NCBI RefSeq assembly: GCF_014280195.1
Contig: NZ_CP047960.1
Span: 1,680,001-1,712,000 of the forward strand
DNA from: Synechococcus sp. A15-24
Lineage (GTDB): Bacteria; Cyanobacteriota; Cyanobacteriia; PCC-6307; Cyanobiaceae
DNA: 32,000 nucleotides
Direction: 5' to 3'
Every line of letters begins with the position of its first letter. The first letter of the stretch is position 1. Position numbers and translations under genes: made by a program. Below the pieces are notes generated by a model. It saw only the letters and a list, made by a program, of their open reading frames with translations. It searched no databases and was not told where the DNA came from. Shown here piece after piece: positions 22,376 to 31,191 of the stretch.

Positions 22376-24276
22376 GTCTGATCAGCCTTGTGGGTGCCGC
22401 CAAGGACTTCGGCATCCGCACCCTGTTCGCCGATCTTGAGCTGCACATCGGGGAAGGTGAACGGCTGGGGCTGATCGGCCCGAACGGTGCCGGTAAGTCC
22501 ACCCTGCTGAAGGTGCTGGCGGGTATGGAACCACTCGGGGCGGGAGAACGGCGGTGTTCCCCCAGGTTGCGGGTGGAGCTGGTGGGTCAGGAGAGTCGTG
22601 TCACCCCCGGCCTGACCGTGCTGGAGCAGGTTCTGGAGGGCTGTGGTGCCAAGCGCGACCTGTTGCTGCGCTTCAGCGCCCTCAGCGAGGCATTGGCAGC
22701 AGCCCCAGAGAACGAAACACTGTTGTCCGAACTGGGGCAACTGAGCCAGCGCATGGACGATGAAGAGGCCTGGAGCCTCGAGCAGCAATGCCAGGAAGTG
22801 CTGCAGAAGCTCGGCATAAGCGATCTCCAGCGTCCCATGGCGGACCTCTCGGGGGGCTACCGGAAGCGGGTTGGCTTGGCCTCCGCCCTGGTGGCCTGCC
22901 CGGATGTGCTGCTGCTGGATGAGCCCACCAACCATCTGGATGCAGCCGCCGTGGAGTGGTTGCAGAGCTGGTTGGACCGCTACCCAGGGGCCCTGGTGCT
23001 GGTGACCCATGACCGCTACGTGCTGGATCGGGTGACCAGCCGCATGGTGGAGGTGGACCGAGGACGGGCTCGCACGTACCAGGGCAACTACAGCACGTTC
23101 CTGCAGCACAAGGCGGACGAGGAGGCCTCGGAAGCGTCCTCCGCCGCCAAATTCCGTGGTGTTCTGCGCCGGGAGCTGGCCTGGCTTCGGCAGGGACCCA
23201 AAGCCCGCAGCACCAAACAGAAAGCCCGCTTGCAGCGCATCGAGGCCATGCGGGAGGCCCCCGTCCAGCAGGGGCGCAAAATCCTGGAAATGGCCAGCGT
23301 CAGCCGCCGCATCGGCAAGCTGGTGATCGAGGCCGAAGCCGTGGGAGTCACCGCCGATGGCCAGCCCGACGGCAGGCCCCTCCTCAGAGACTTCAGCTAC
23401 AGCTTCAGCCCGGAGGATCGCATTGGCATCATCGGGCCGAATGGCAGCGGTAAGTCGACCCTGTTGGATCTGATCGCCGGTCGGCGTCAGACCACGTCTG
23501 GCGCGTTGCGGTTGGGAGAAACCGTGCACATCGGCTACCTCGACCAGCACACCGAAGCCTTCACCGAGGGGGAAGGACTGCAGCGCAAGGTGATCGAATT
23601 CGTTGAAGAAGCCGCCAGCCGCATCGAAGTCGGCGGAGAGCAGGTCACCGCCTCCCAATTGCTGGAACGATTTCTCTTCCCCCCGGCTCAGCAGCACAGC
23701 CCCCTGACCAAGCTGTCCGGAGGCGAGCGTCGGCGTCTGACCCTGTGCCGGATGCTGATCCAGGCCCCGAACGTGCTGCTGCTGGATGAACCCACCAACG
23801 ATCTCGACGTCCGCACCCTGAGCGTTCTGGAGGACTTTCTTGAAGACTTCCGGGGCTGCGTGATCGTGGTGTCCCACGACCGGTACTTTCTCGACCGCAC
23901 AGTGGATCGCCTGTTCTGCTTCGATCAGGGTCGTCTGCAGCGGTTCGAGGGCAACTACAGCGGCTTTCTCGAGCAGCAGCGCCAGCAGGAACGGCAACGG
24001 ACCTCAGCGCCGTTGCCCACGGTCAAACAAGACAGCCGCCAAGCCGATGCCAAGTCATCGACGGGCCCGCGGCGGCGCAGTTTCAAGGAAACCAAGGAAC
24101 TGCAACAACTCGACCAGCGCCTACCGCAACTGGAGGAACGCAAGGCGGCCCTCGAGGAGAAATTGGCCGGTCATGGCACGGATCTCTCGCAGGTCAGCCG
24201 CGAATTAGCGGAGCTGATCGCCACCATTGAGGCTGCCGAAGAGCGCTGGCTGGAACTCAGCGAGCTTCAGCCCTGA
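22372..24276 (+). CDS. ABC-F family ATPase (Uup/EttA-like, no membrane domain)
   Basis: There are two ABC cassettes. The Walker A motifs are GPNGAGKST and GPNGSGKST. The signatures are LSGGYRKRVGLA and LSGGERRRLTL. The C-terminal tail is coiled-coil. The GTGA overlap with the upstream gene supports the start. Confidence 0.9.
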   Translation: MSLISLVGAAKDFGIRTLFADLELHIGEGERLGLIGPNGAGKSTLLKVLAGMEPLGAGERRCSPRLRVELVGQESRVTPGLTVLEQVLEGCGAKRDLLLRFSALSEALAAAPENETLLSELGQLSQRMDDEEAWSLEQQCQEVLQKLGISDLQRPMADLSGGYRKRVGLASALVACPDVLLLDEPTNHLDAAAVEWLQSWLDRYPGALVLVTHDRYVLDRVTSRMVEVDRGRARTYQGNYSTFLQHKADEEASEASSAAKFRGVLRRELAWLRQGPKARSTKQKARLQRIEAMREAPVQQGRKILEMASVSRRIGKLVIEAEAVGVTADGQPDGRPLLRDFSYSFSPEDRIGIIGPNGSGKSTLLDLIAGRRQTTSGALRLGETVHIGYLDQHTEAFTEGEGLQRKVIEFVEEAASRIEVGGEQVTASQLLERFLFPPAQQHSPLTKLSGGERRRLTLCRMLIQAPNVLLLDEPTNDLDVRTLSVLEDFLEDFRGCVIVVSHDRYFLDRTVDRLFCFDQGRLQRFEGNYSGFLEQQRQQERQRTSAPLPTVKQDSRQADAKSSTGPRRRSFKETKELQQLDQRLPQLEERKAALEEKLAGHGTDLSQVSRELAELIATIEAAEERWLELSELQP

Positions 24277-24359
24277 TGTCAGCGAACGATTGAAAAGGGT
24301 GTCTCGGGAGCAGGAACGAAGCATCGGCCGTAAGGTAGCCACGGCAGAAAGGTGTTCCC

Positions 24360-24578
24360 ATGAAATCGATCGACGAGCACATTCAGAAGGACAAGACCGA
24401 CATCGAAGCAGCCAAGGCAGCTGGTGATGAGGCCAAGGTGCGTCACCTGGAAGGGGAACTGCACTCCCTGGAGGAGTACAAGGAACACAACCCCGAGGAC
24501 AAGCACGACCCCACTCCCCTCGAGTTGTACTGCGACACCAACCCGGAAGCTGACGAGTGCCGCATCTACGACGACTGA
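24360..24578 (+). CDS. cp12: CP12 (Calvin-cycle GAPDH/PRK regulator), variant with only the C-terminal Cys pair
   Basis: The C-terminus LELYCDTNPEADECRIYDD is the canonical CP12 GAPDH-binding loop. The protein is 72 aa. It has no N-terminal Cys pair and no AWD-VEEL core. Confidence 0.8.
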   Translation: MKSIDEHIQKDKTDIEAAKAAGDEAKVRHLEGELHSLEEYKEHNPEDKHDPTPLELYCDTNPEADECRIYDD

Positions 24579-24581
24579 ACC

Positions 24582-24848
24582 TCAGTATTCGTCGTTGTAA
24601 TCAGAGGGGCTGCCGGTGAGGCTGCACACCACAGCCTCTTGATCTTTCATGGCGCGGACCTGAGCAATCGGACGCCCCATGCGTTTAAGAACGGCGATTT
24701 CCTCTTCCGTCTGACAACGGGCGATTACCGATCCCTTGTCATCCAGGCAGGTGTAGAAGGTCATCACGAGGTGGTGGATCACTGTTCCGTTATGGCGGCG
24801 CTGAGACGTGTTCACAACCACCGATGTGGTGGCCGACACGATTGCCAC
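24582..24848 (-). CDS. hypothetical protein
   Basis: 88-aa ORF with an ATG start, convergent with cp12 across a 3-nt gap and 11 nt downstream of obg on the same strand. I do not recognise a family. Confidence 0.5.
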   Translation of the reverse strand: MAIVSATTSVVVNTSQRRHNGTVIHHLVMTFYTCLDDKGSVIARCQTEEEIAVLKRMGRPIAQVRAMKDQEAVVCSLTGSPSDYNDEY

Positions 24849-24859
24849 CCGATTCGTCT

Positions 24860-25852
24860 CTAGGCGATCCCCAATTCCGTCCAGACCCGTTGCAGCAGCT
24901 GATCAAGATTGCGTCCCATCGCCGCTGAGATGCAAAGGGGAGCACGTCCACTGGCCTGTTCAAGCTCTTGGCTGAGTTCAGGGAGCTGCTCGTTCAGAAG
25001 TAATTCCTGCTTGTTCAGCACCAGAAGGCGAGGACGGTCCACCAGGCCATGGCCGTAGGCCTCCAGCTCCTTCTCCACCACCCGTAGATCGCCGACGGGA
25101 TCATCGGCCCCGGCATCGACAACGTGAATCAGCAAACGGGTGCGCTCGATATGACGCAGAAAATCGTGTCCCAATCCGGCGCCCTGGGCAGCACCAGCGA
25201 TCAATCCAGGAATATCGGCAAAGACCGTGCCGTCGCCACTGGGGCGTCGCACCACGCCGAGATTGGGCACCAGGGTGGTGAAGGGGTAGTCGGCGATTTT
25301 GGGGCGAGCGGCTGACAGGACAGCGATCAGAGTGCTCTTTCCAGCGTTGGGCAAGCCAATGATGCCCACCTCCGCCAGAAGCTTCAGTTCCAGCTGAAGG
25401 GGCCATTCCTCCCCATCGCGACCTTCGGTGAATTTCTCCGGCGCACGGTTGCGATTGCTGAGGTAATGGGCATTACCAAGACCGCCGCGGCCGCCGAAGG
25501 CCACGGTCAAACGCTCGCCGGGATCGGTCAGGTCCCCAAGCAGGATGCCGGTGGTGAGATGTCGCACCTCGGTCCCGCAGGGCACCTTGATCACCAGATC
25601 CCGACCCGAGGCTCCCGTGCACTTGTTCGGGCCACCTCGCCGGCCGTCATCCGCGGCGAACAACCGTTTGTACTTGAAGTCGAGCAGGGTCTGAAGGTTG
25701 CTGTCCGCCTCCAGCACCACAGGCCCGCCATGACCTCCATCACCTCCGGAGGGTCCACCGGCCGGCACATATTTCTCGCGACGAAACGCGGCGATGCCAT
25801 CTCCACCGCGGCCACCGCGCACCGTGATCCGTGCCTGATCGATGAACTGCAC
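24860..25852 (-). CDS. obg: GTPase Obg/CgtA
   Basis: The N-terminus has the Gly-rich Obg fold ([43 protein letters not shown]). The G domain has [15 protein letters not shown] and NKQE. Confidence 0.93.
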   Translation of the reverse strand: MQFIDQARITVRGGRGGDGIAAFRREKYVPAGGPSGGDGGHGGPVVLEADSNLQTLLDFKYKRLFAADDGRRGGPNKCTGASGRDLVIKVPCGTEVRHLTTGILLGDLTDPGERLTVAFGGRGGLGNAHYLSNRNRAPEKFTEGRDGEEWPLQLELKLLAEVGIIGLPNAGKSTLIAVLSAARPKIADYPFTTLVPNLGVVRRPSGDGTVFADIPGLIAGAAQGAGLGHDFLRHIERTRLLIHVVDAGADDPVGDLRVVEKELEAYGHGLVDRPRLLVLNKQELLLNEQLPELSQELEQASGRAPLCISAAMGRNLDQLLQRVWTELGIA

Positions 25853-25910
25853 GGCGCCACGCGATGGATCCAGCTCTCAACCCTAAGATTCAGCCGCTGC
25901 TGAACAGCCG

Positions 25911-27134
25911 TTGGCCGGCGTCCGTTTCGAAGCCCTCAGCAAGACCTATCCCGGACGCCGTGGCTCGGAGCCCGTTCCGGTGATCCGTGAGCTGGACCTC
26001 AGCATCGAGGACGGTGAATTCCTGGTGCTGGTGGGACCGTCGGGGTGCGGCAAGAGCACCTTGCTGCGACTGCTGGCCGGCCTGGAGAGTCCCACTGTGG
26101 GTGAAATTGTCATCGGTGAGCGCCCCGTGAGCCAGGTGCGGCCCGGGCGTCGCGACGTGGCCATGGTGTTCCAGAGCTACGCGCTCTATCCGCACCTGAG
26201 CGTGCGCGACAACCTCAGCTTCGGGCTGCGACGCAGCCGCCATCGCAGCCTGCCTCAGCAACTGCAGGATCAACTCAGCCAGCTCAGCCGCGGACTTCCC
26301 GCATTCCTGAGGGTGCGATCCCCGCGAGAGGAGCTGATTGAACAGCGCGTCCACACCGTGGCCCAGGCCCTGGAGCTGGAATCACTCCTCGACCGCCTGC
26401 CGAAGGAGCTCTCCGGCGGGCAGAAACAACGTGTTGCCCTGGGGCGGGCCATGGCGAGAAAACCGGCGGTGTTTCTGATGGATGAACCGCTCAGCAACCT
26501 GGACGCCAAGCTGCGCAACAGCACCCGCACCCGCATCGTTGACCTGCAGCGGGAGCTGGGCACCACAACGGTCTATGTGACCCATGACCAGGTGGAAGCC
26601 ATGACGATGGGTCACCGCATCGCCGTGCTCAATCAGGGGCGCCTGCAGCAGCTCGGAACCCCGATGGAGCTCTACCGGTGGCCGTCCAATCTGTTCGTGG
26701 CGCAGTTCATCGGCAGCCCACCGATGTCGATGCTTCCCGTGGTGATCGGCCCAGGCGCCACCCTGCTTCTCGGCCCCAAGCGACTGTCGGTTGAGGGGCC
26801 TCTGGCAGCGGCCCTACCGGCATTGGAAGGCCAGACGCTGACGGCGGGCCTGCGGCCAGAGGGCTGGCGTGTGGCGCCGGCCACGAACCGCAACCTGCCG
26901 GCCTCGGTGCTTCATTGCGAAGTGCTGGGAAACGAGCAATTGATCAGCTGCCGCCTGCACGACGGAGACCACCTGGTGCAGGTGCGGACGAACCCCGACT
27001 TAACGGTCAAACCCGACGATGTGCTGCATCTGGATCCTGAACCCAGTGGCTGGCGGTTGTTCGATGCAAGTGGAGAAGCGATTGCACGGCAGGATCCCGG
27101 CGCTGACGCTCCAAAGCTGCCCAAGCTGAGCTGA
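25911..27134 (+). CDS. MalK/UgpC-type ABC transporter ATP-binding protein (carbohydrate-uptake family)
   Basis: TTG start. Walker A is GPSGCGKST, the signature is LSGGQKQRVALGRA and Walker B is FLMDEPLSNLD. A C-terminal TOBE-like regulatory domain is present. No partner permease or binding-protein genes are adjacent. Confidence 0.85.
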   Translation: MAGVRFEALSKTYPGRRGSEPVPVIRELDLSIEDGEFLVLVGPSGCGKSTLLRLLAGLESPTVGEIVIGERPVSQVRPGRRDVAMVFQSYALYPHLSVRDNLSFGLRRSRHRSLPQQLQDQLSQLSRGLPAFLRVRSPREELIEQRVHTVAQALELESLLDRLPKELSGGQKQRVALGRAMARKPAVFLMDEPLSNLDAKLRNSTRTRIVDLQRELGTTTVYVTHDQVEAMTMGHRIAVLNQGRLQQLGTPMELYRWPSNLFVAQFIGSPPMSMLPVVIGPGATLLLGPKRLSVEGPLAAALPALEGQTLTAGLRPEGWRVAPATNRNLPASVLHCEVLGNEQLISCRLHDGDHLVQVRTNPDLTVKPDDVLHLDPEPSGWRLFDASGEAIARQDPGADAPKLPKLS

Positions 27135-27319
27135 TCAGCGCTCCATCAGGTTGTAGGCCCCGTTGGTGTCGTCCTCCTCCTCACAGACCTCCTGACCGGA
27201 GGGTCTGATTGGTCTGGCACTCAGCCTGGCTTGGAGCTGGGACAACAAGGGAACCGATCAGCACGATCAGGACCACCGAGATCGGATTGATCACCACAAC
27301 TGCGCGGCTGACGTTGATA

Positions 27320-29758
27320 TCAACGTACCCACACCACACTGCAACCTCTTCCGCCATCCCCCTGCTCGGCGTCGGTGACACGCTCGACGTAGGGCACCGT
27401 CTCCAGCCAGGCCCGCAGCCCTCGCTTGAGCTTGCCGGTTCCAATCCCATGGATCACCCACACCGGTCCATTGGCCCCACGCAGCTGTTCCTCCACAGCG
27501 GCCTCCGCCTCATGCACACGCATGCCACGCACATCCAGCGTGTTGCGGCTGGTGCGCACCTGGGCACCGGACCCCGGGTTGATCCGAGCACTGACCTTCA
27601 CGACCGGCTTAGCGGGCGGCTCCGGCTTGCGGCCATCGAGGCTTTCCACGCCAGATAGCTCCACCGTGCTGCGCATCACGCCGCAGCGCACGGTGAGCTG
27701 CATGCCGTCGTCCGAAATCGCCAGCACCTCTGCCGCCTTGCCCAGGGCCAGCACCCGGATTCGCTCGCCGGGTTCTGGTCTCCAGCCAGGCAGGGGCTGA
27801 CGCCGTTCCAGTTCGGGGCGGTGACGGTCCTCCAGCCGACGCAGGCGCTGTCCGGCCCGCCGTGCTGTTTCCCCATCGGCGCGATCATCCCGAAGGCGCC
27901 GGATCAGGGATCGCACCTCCTTCTGACCATCGCGGATCGAGCGTTCCAGCCGTTGGCGCCCCTGCTCCTGGCGTTCGGCCGATTGTTGTTTCTCCTTCTG
28001 CCATCGCTGCAGCAGTTCGTCGTGGAGCAGCTCCGTGCGGGCCAGCAAAGCGGCAGCATCCTCCGCCGCCGCCTGCTGCCGCTGCCGCTGTTCCTCCAGA
28101 CCACGGATCACACTGTTGACCTCTCCATCAGCAGCGGGCGCCAGCAACTGACGCGCCTCCTCCAGCACCTGGTCATCCAGGCCGAGACGGCTGGCAATCG
28201 CCAGGGCGTTACTGCGGCCTGGGATGCCCCAGAGCAACTCATAGGTGGGGGAAAGGGTCTCGGCGTTGAAGGCCACAGAGGCGTTCTCAAAGCGGGCATC
28301 GTTGTATTTGAGAGCCTTGAGTTCGCCGAAATGGGTGGTGGCGATGGTGAGCCGAGCGCGGTCGGCGAGGGCCTTGAGCAGAGATGTCGCCAGGGCCGTG
28401 CCTTCACTGGGGTCGGTACCGGCCCCCACCTCATCGAGCAGCACCAAGGCGGGCGAAGGGCCGGACTGCAGCGCCTCCAGAATCCGGCCGATCCGCTTGA
28501 TGTGACCGCTGAAGGTGGACAGGCTCTGTTGCAACGACTGTTCATCGCCGATGTCCGCCAGAACCTGGGCACACCAGGGCAGGGTCGGCATCCCTGCACA
28601 GGGCAGCAGCAATCCCGCCCGGGCCATCAATGCCGCCAGACCGATGCTTTTGAGCGTGACTGTCTTGCCTCCGGTATTCGGACCGGTGATCGCTACCACC
28701 CGCAAGTCAGCGGACACCTCCATCGAGATCGGCACCACCGCCGGCCCGCCAGCACGCTTGTGCTGCCAGACCAACAGCGGATGGCGCAGGGTCTCGAAAC
28801 GGAACGGTGCCGCGGCGGAAGCCTCCATGCGGGGAGCTGTGCCGCCGAGAAAGCGGCCATAGCGGCCTCTGGCCAGGGCCAGATCCAGCTGCAACAGGAT
28901 CGACACCAACTGCATGAGCACAGGGTGATCGACCGCGACGGCCGCGCTGAGCTCGCTCAGCACCTTGCGTTCCTCGTCCCGGATCCGACCCTCCAGATCG
29001 GTCAGTCGATTCCCGATGGTGAGCACGGAGCGGGGTTCGACGAACACCGTGCTGCCTGAGGCCGAGCTGTCGTGAACCTGACCCGGCACCTGTGCCACTG
29101 CGCCAGCTTTCACCGCCAGCACCGGGCGGCCATGGCGTTGGGCGATCACGCTGTCCTGCAGAAAGGGCGCCAGGCGCCGCAACAGATCCTGCAGCTTGTC
29201 GCGGCGTTCCTGGCGCAGGCCTTGCCATTGCTGACGCAACCCCGCCAAAGGGGCACTGGCCCGATCGGCGATGCGACCGCCCTCCTCAATGGAGAACTTG
29301 AGCCGTTGCTCCAGCTCCGGCAACGTCACCATCGTGTCGATCAGCGCCGAACAGGCAGGTCTGAGCTCAGGCTCATCGATCTGACGGCGCAGACGACGGG
29401 CAGCGGCCAGGGTCTCAGCCACCGCCAGCAGCTCCTCGCCGGAGGCCACGCCCCCCTTGCTGCAGCGCAACAGCACCGGTGTGAGGTCTTGCACCCCGCG
29501 GAAACTGAGGCCTCCTTCGGTCAGGTCATCGAGCACCGCCATCTCGACGGTCTCCGCCAGCCGCTGCCGGCTCACCTCCAGGGTTTCAGGCATCACGAGG
29601 TTTCGAGCCGCATCACGCCCCATGCCGGTGGAGGCGAAGCTCGACAGGTGGTCGCAGACCCTGGGCCACTCGAGCAGATCCAGGGTTTCCTGGACGGCCC
29701 GATCGATCCCCCTTGTCGGGTCAGCGGCAGTTGGAGGGAATGCCACCGGGGGGTTCAT
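27320..29758 (-). CDS. mutS2: endonuclease MutS2 (MutS-family ATPase with C-terminal Smr domain)
   Basis: 812 aa. Walker A is GPNTGGKTV. The C-terminal Smr reads LDVRGMRVHEAEAAVEEQL...VIHGIGTGKLKRGLRAWL. Confidence 0.93.
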   Translation of the reverse strand: MNPPVAFPPTAADPTRGIDRAVQETLDLLEWPRVCDHLSSFASTGMGRDAARNLVMPETLEVSRQRLAETVEMAVLDDLTEGGLSFRGVQDLTPVLLRCSKGGVASGEELLAVAETLAAARRLRRQIDEPELRPACSALIDTMVTLPELEQRLKFSIEEGGRIADRASAPLAGLRQQWQGLRQERRDKLQDLLRRLAPFLQDSVIAQRHGRPVLAVKAGAVAQVPGQVHDSSASGSTVFVEPRSVLTIGNRLTDLEGRIRDEERKVLSELSAAVAVDHPVLMQLVSILLQLDLALARGRYGRFLGGTAPRMEASAAAPFRFETLRHPLLVWQHKRAGGPAVVPISMEVSADLRVVAITGPNTGGKTVTLKSIGLAALMARAGLLLPCAGMPTLPWCAQVLADIGDEQSLQQSLSTFSGHIKRIGRILEALQSGPSPALVLLDEVGAGTDPSEGTALATSLLKALADRARLTIATTHFGELKALKYNDARFENASVAFNAETLSPTYELLWGIPGRSNALAIASRLGLDDQVLEEARQLLAPAADGEVNSVIRGLEEQRQRQQAAAEDAAALLARTELLHDELLQRWQKEKQQSAERQEQGRQRLERSIRDGQKEVRSLIRRLRDDRADGETARRAGQRLRRLEDRHRPELERRQPLPGWRPEPGERIRVLALGKAAEVLAISDDGMQLTVRCGVMRSTVELSGVESLDGRKPEPPAKPVVKVSARINPGSGAQVRTSRNTLDVRGMRVHEAEAAVEEQLRGANGPVWVIHGIGTGKLKRGLRAWLETVPYVERVTDAEQGDGGRGCSVVWVR

Positions 29759-30101
29759 AGAGCATTTCCAGCCAGTTGCCTTCAGGATCCTTCAGATAAA
29801 AGGATGCGGTTCCGTCACGGTGATCGTGGACGGCACCGACGTGCACGCCTTCAGCCTTCAGACGATCGTGCACACGATCCACCTCCTGGCGATCACGAAA
29901 ATGAAAGGCGAAGTGGGGACCTGCGGCTTTGTAGCCAGGCCCGAGCAGGGCCAGTCCGTCCCGGCCTTCACCCGCTTCCAGGTAGCACCAATCGTCGGCC
30001 TTCCAGACAAGACGCATGCCAAGCCCCTCGTAAAACGCCACGGCACGGGGCACATCCTGAACGCGGATAGCCACATGACCTAAACGATCAACCGTTGTCA
30101 T
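29721..30101 (-). CDS. VOC-family (glyoxalase/bleomycin-resistance/dioxygenase fold) protein
   Basis: MTTVDRLGHVAIRVQDVPRAVAFYEGLGM... and ...SFYLKDPEGNWLEML are the typical VOC repeats. ATG 30101 is preferred over the maximal ORF start at 30182, which would overlap hemB. The 3' end overlaps the mutS2 start by 38 nt. Confidence 0.75.
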   Translation of the reverse strand: MTTVDRLGHVAIRVQDVPRAVAFYEGLGMRLVWKADDWCYLEAGEGRDGLALLGPGYKAAGPHFAFHFRDRQEVDRVHDRLKAEGVHVGAVHDHRDGTASFYLKDPEGNWLEMLYEPPGGIPSNCR

Positions 30102-30150
30102 CTGCAGCCGACGTCGATGTGCATTCTGAAGTGTTGGGCTGTCAGACCGC

Positions 30151-31152
30151 TCAGCCTTGACGCAGCCATTCCGCGGCATCACAGGCGTGATACGTGAGGA
30201 TCAGATCCGCACCGGCCCGCTTGAAGCTGAGCAGGGTTTCGAGAACCACGGCGCGCTCCTCGATCCAGCCGCGTTCGGCGGCGGCCTTCACCATCGAATA
30301 CTCCCCACTGACGTTATATGCAGCAATGGGAAGCTCCGACTCATCGCGCAGTCGATGAATGATGTCCAGGTAGGCCAAACCCGGCTTCACCATCATGATG
30401 TCGGCGCCTTCCTGTTCATCCAGCTGGGCTTCCGTGATGGCTTCCCGGGCATTGGCGGGGTCCATTTGATACGTGTCCTTGTTGGTTGGAATCGGCTTGC
30501 TGCTGGCAGCACGGGGGGCCGAATCCAGGGCTTCACGGAATGGCCCGTAATAGGCCGAGGAGTACTTCGCGGTGTAACTGATGATTCCGACGTGCTCGAA
30601 CCCTTCGTCGTCCAAGGCCTCACGAATGGCCCCGACACGCCCATCCATCATGTCGCTAGGGCCGATCAGATCAGCACCGGCTTCGGCTTGAACCACAGCC
30701 TGTTTACAGAGCAATTCGATCGTCTCGTCGTTGAGGACGACCCCCTCTGCGCTGACGATGCCATCGTGACCATCGCAGGAATAGGGATCTAGTGCCACGT
30801 CAGTCATGATCGCCATCCCCGGAACCTCCTGCTTGATCTGACGGATGGCTCTGGGAATCAGGCCATTGGCGTTGAAGCACTCAGCGCCGTCTTCTGTTTT
30901 CAAGCCCTCGGAAACCTTGGGGAACAGAACGATGCAACGGACCCCCAGGTCCCAGGCGCGCTGAACTTCTCCGGTCAGGGCCGCCAGACTCCACCTACTC
31001 GCCCCTGGCATGGCACCGATGGGTTCGACGTCGGCGCCCTCATGCACAAACAGTGGATAGATGAAATCCGCTGCAGAAAGCTGATGTTCCCGCACCATGG
31101 CGCGCAGGGCCGGTGTGCGTCGTAAACGACGGGGGCGGTAGGTGAGCTCCAT
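30151..31152 (-). CDS. hemB: porphobilinogen synthase (delta-aminolevulinate dehydratase)
   Basis: 333 aa. It reads RPRRLRRTPALRAMVREHQL...FIYPLFV...PSDMMDGRVGAIREAL...MVKPGLAYLDI..., the classic HemB sequence. Confidence 0.95.
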   Translation of the reverse strand: MELTYRPRRLRRTPALRAMVREHQLSAADFIYPLFVHEGADVEPIGAMPGASRWSLAALTGEVQRAWDLGVRCIVLFPKVSEGLKTEDGAECFNANGLIPRAIRQIKQEVPGMAIMTDVALDPYSCDGHDGIVSAEGVVLNDETIELLCKQAVVQAEAGADLIGPSDMMDGRVGAIREALDDEGFEHVGIISYTAKYSSAYYGPFREALDSAPRAASSKPIPTNKDTYQMDPANAREAITEAQLDEQEGADIMMVKPGLAYLDIIHRLRDESELPIAAYNVSGEYSMVKAAAERGWIEERAVVLETLLSFKRAGADLILTYHACDAAEWLRQG

Positions 31153-31191
31153 CGGGATCTATGTCCAGGCGGCGATCGTACGGCCGAAGCC

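Noticed and set aside
22351-23997. 548-aa ORF on the minus strand
   Set aside because: It is entirely antisense to the ABC-F ATPase gene, which has two unmistakable Walker A and signature sets. The product is an Ala/Gly/Gln/His/Pro-rich low-complexity string with no motif. It is a typical stop-free shadow frame in GC-rich DNA.
27311-27326. Perfect 16-bp palindrome ACGTTGATATCAACGT straddling the mutS2 stop codon
   Set aside because: One perfect 16-bp palindrome is roughly what chance predicts in 32 kb (about 0.5 expected). It has no loop for an RNA hairpin and has no second copy or context.
27181-27450. 89-aa minus-strand ORF with a hydrophobic stretch (INPISVVLIVLIGSLVV) downstream of mutS2
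   Set aside because: Most of it overlaps the mutS2 C-terminus out of frame. The only ATG that leaves the hydrophobic part intact (27357) still overlaps mutS2 by 38 nt. I cannot assess conservation here. A tiny membrane peptide is possible but unsupported.
27821-30070. 412-aa and 332-aa plus-strand ORFs (27821-29059 and 29072-30070)
   Set aside because: They are antisense to mutS2 and the VOC gene, and their products are Arg/Gln/Gly/Pro-rich nonsense. The opposite strand carries clear MutS ATPase and Smr motifs.
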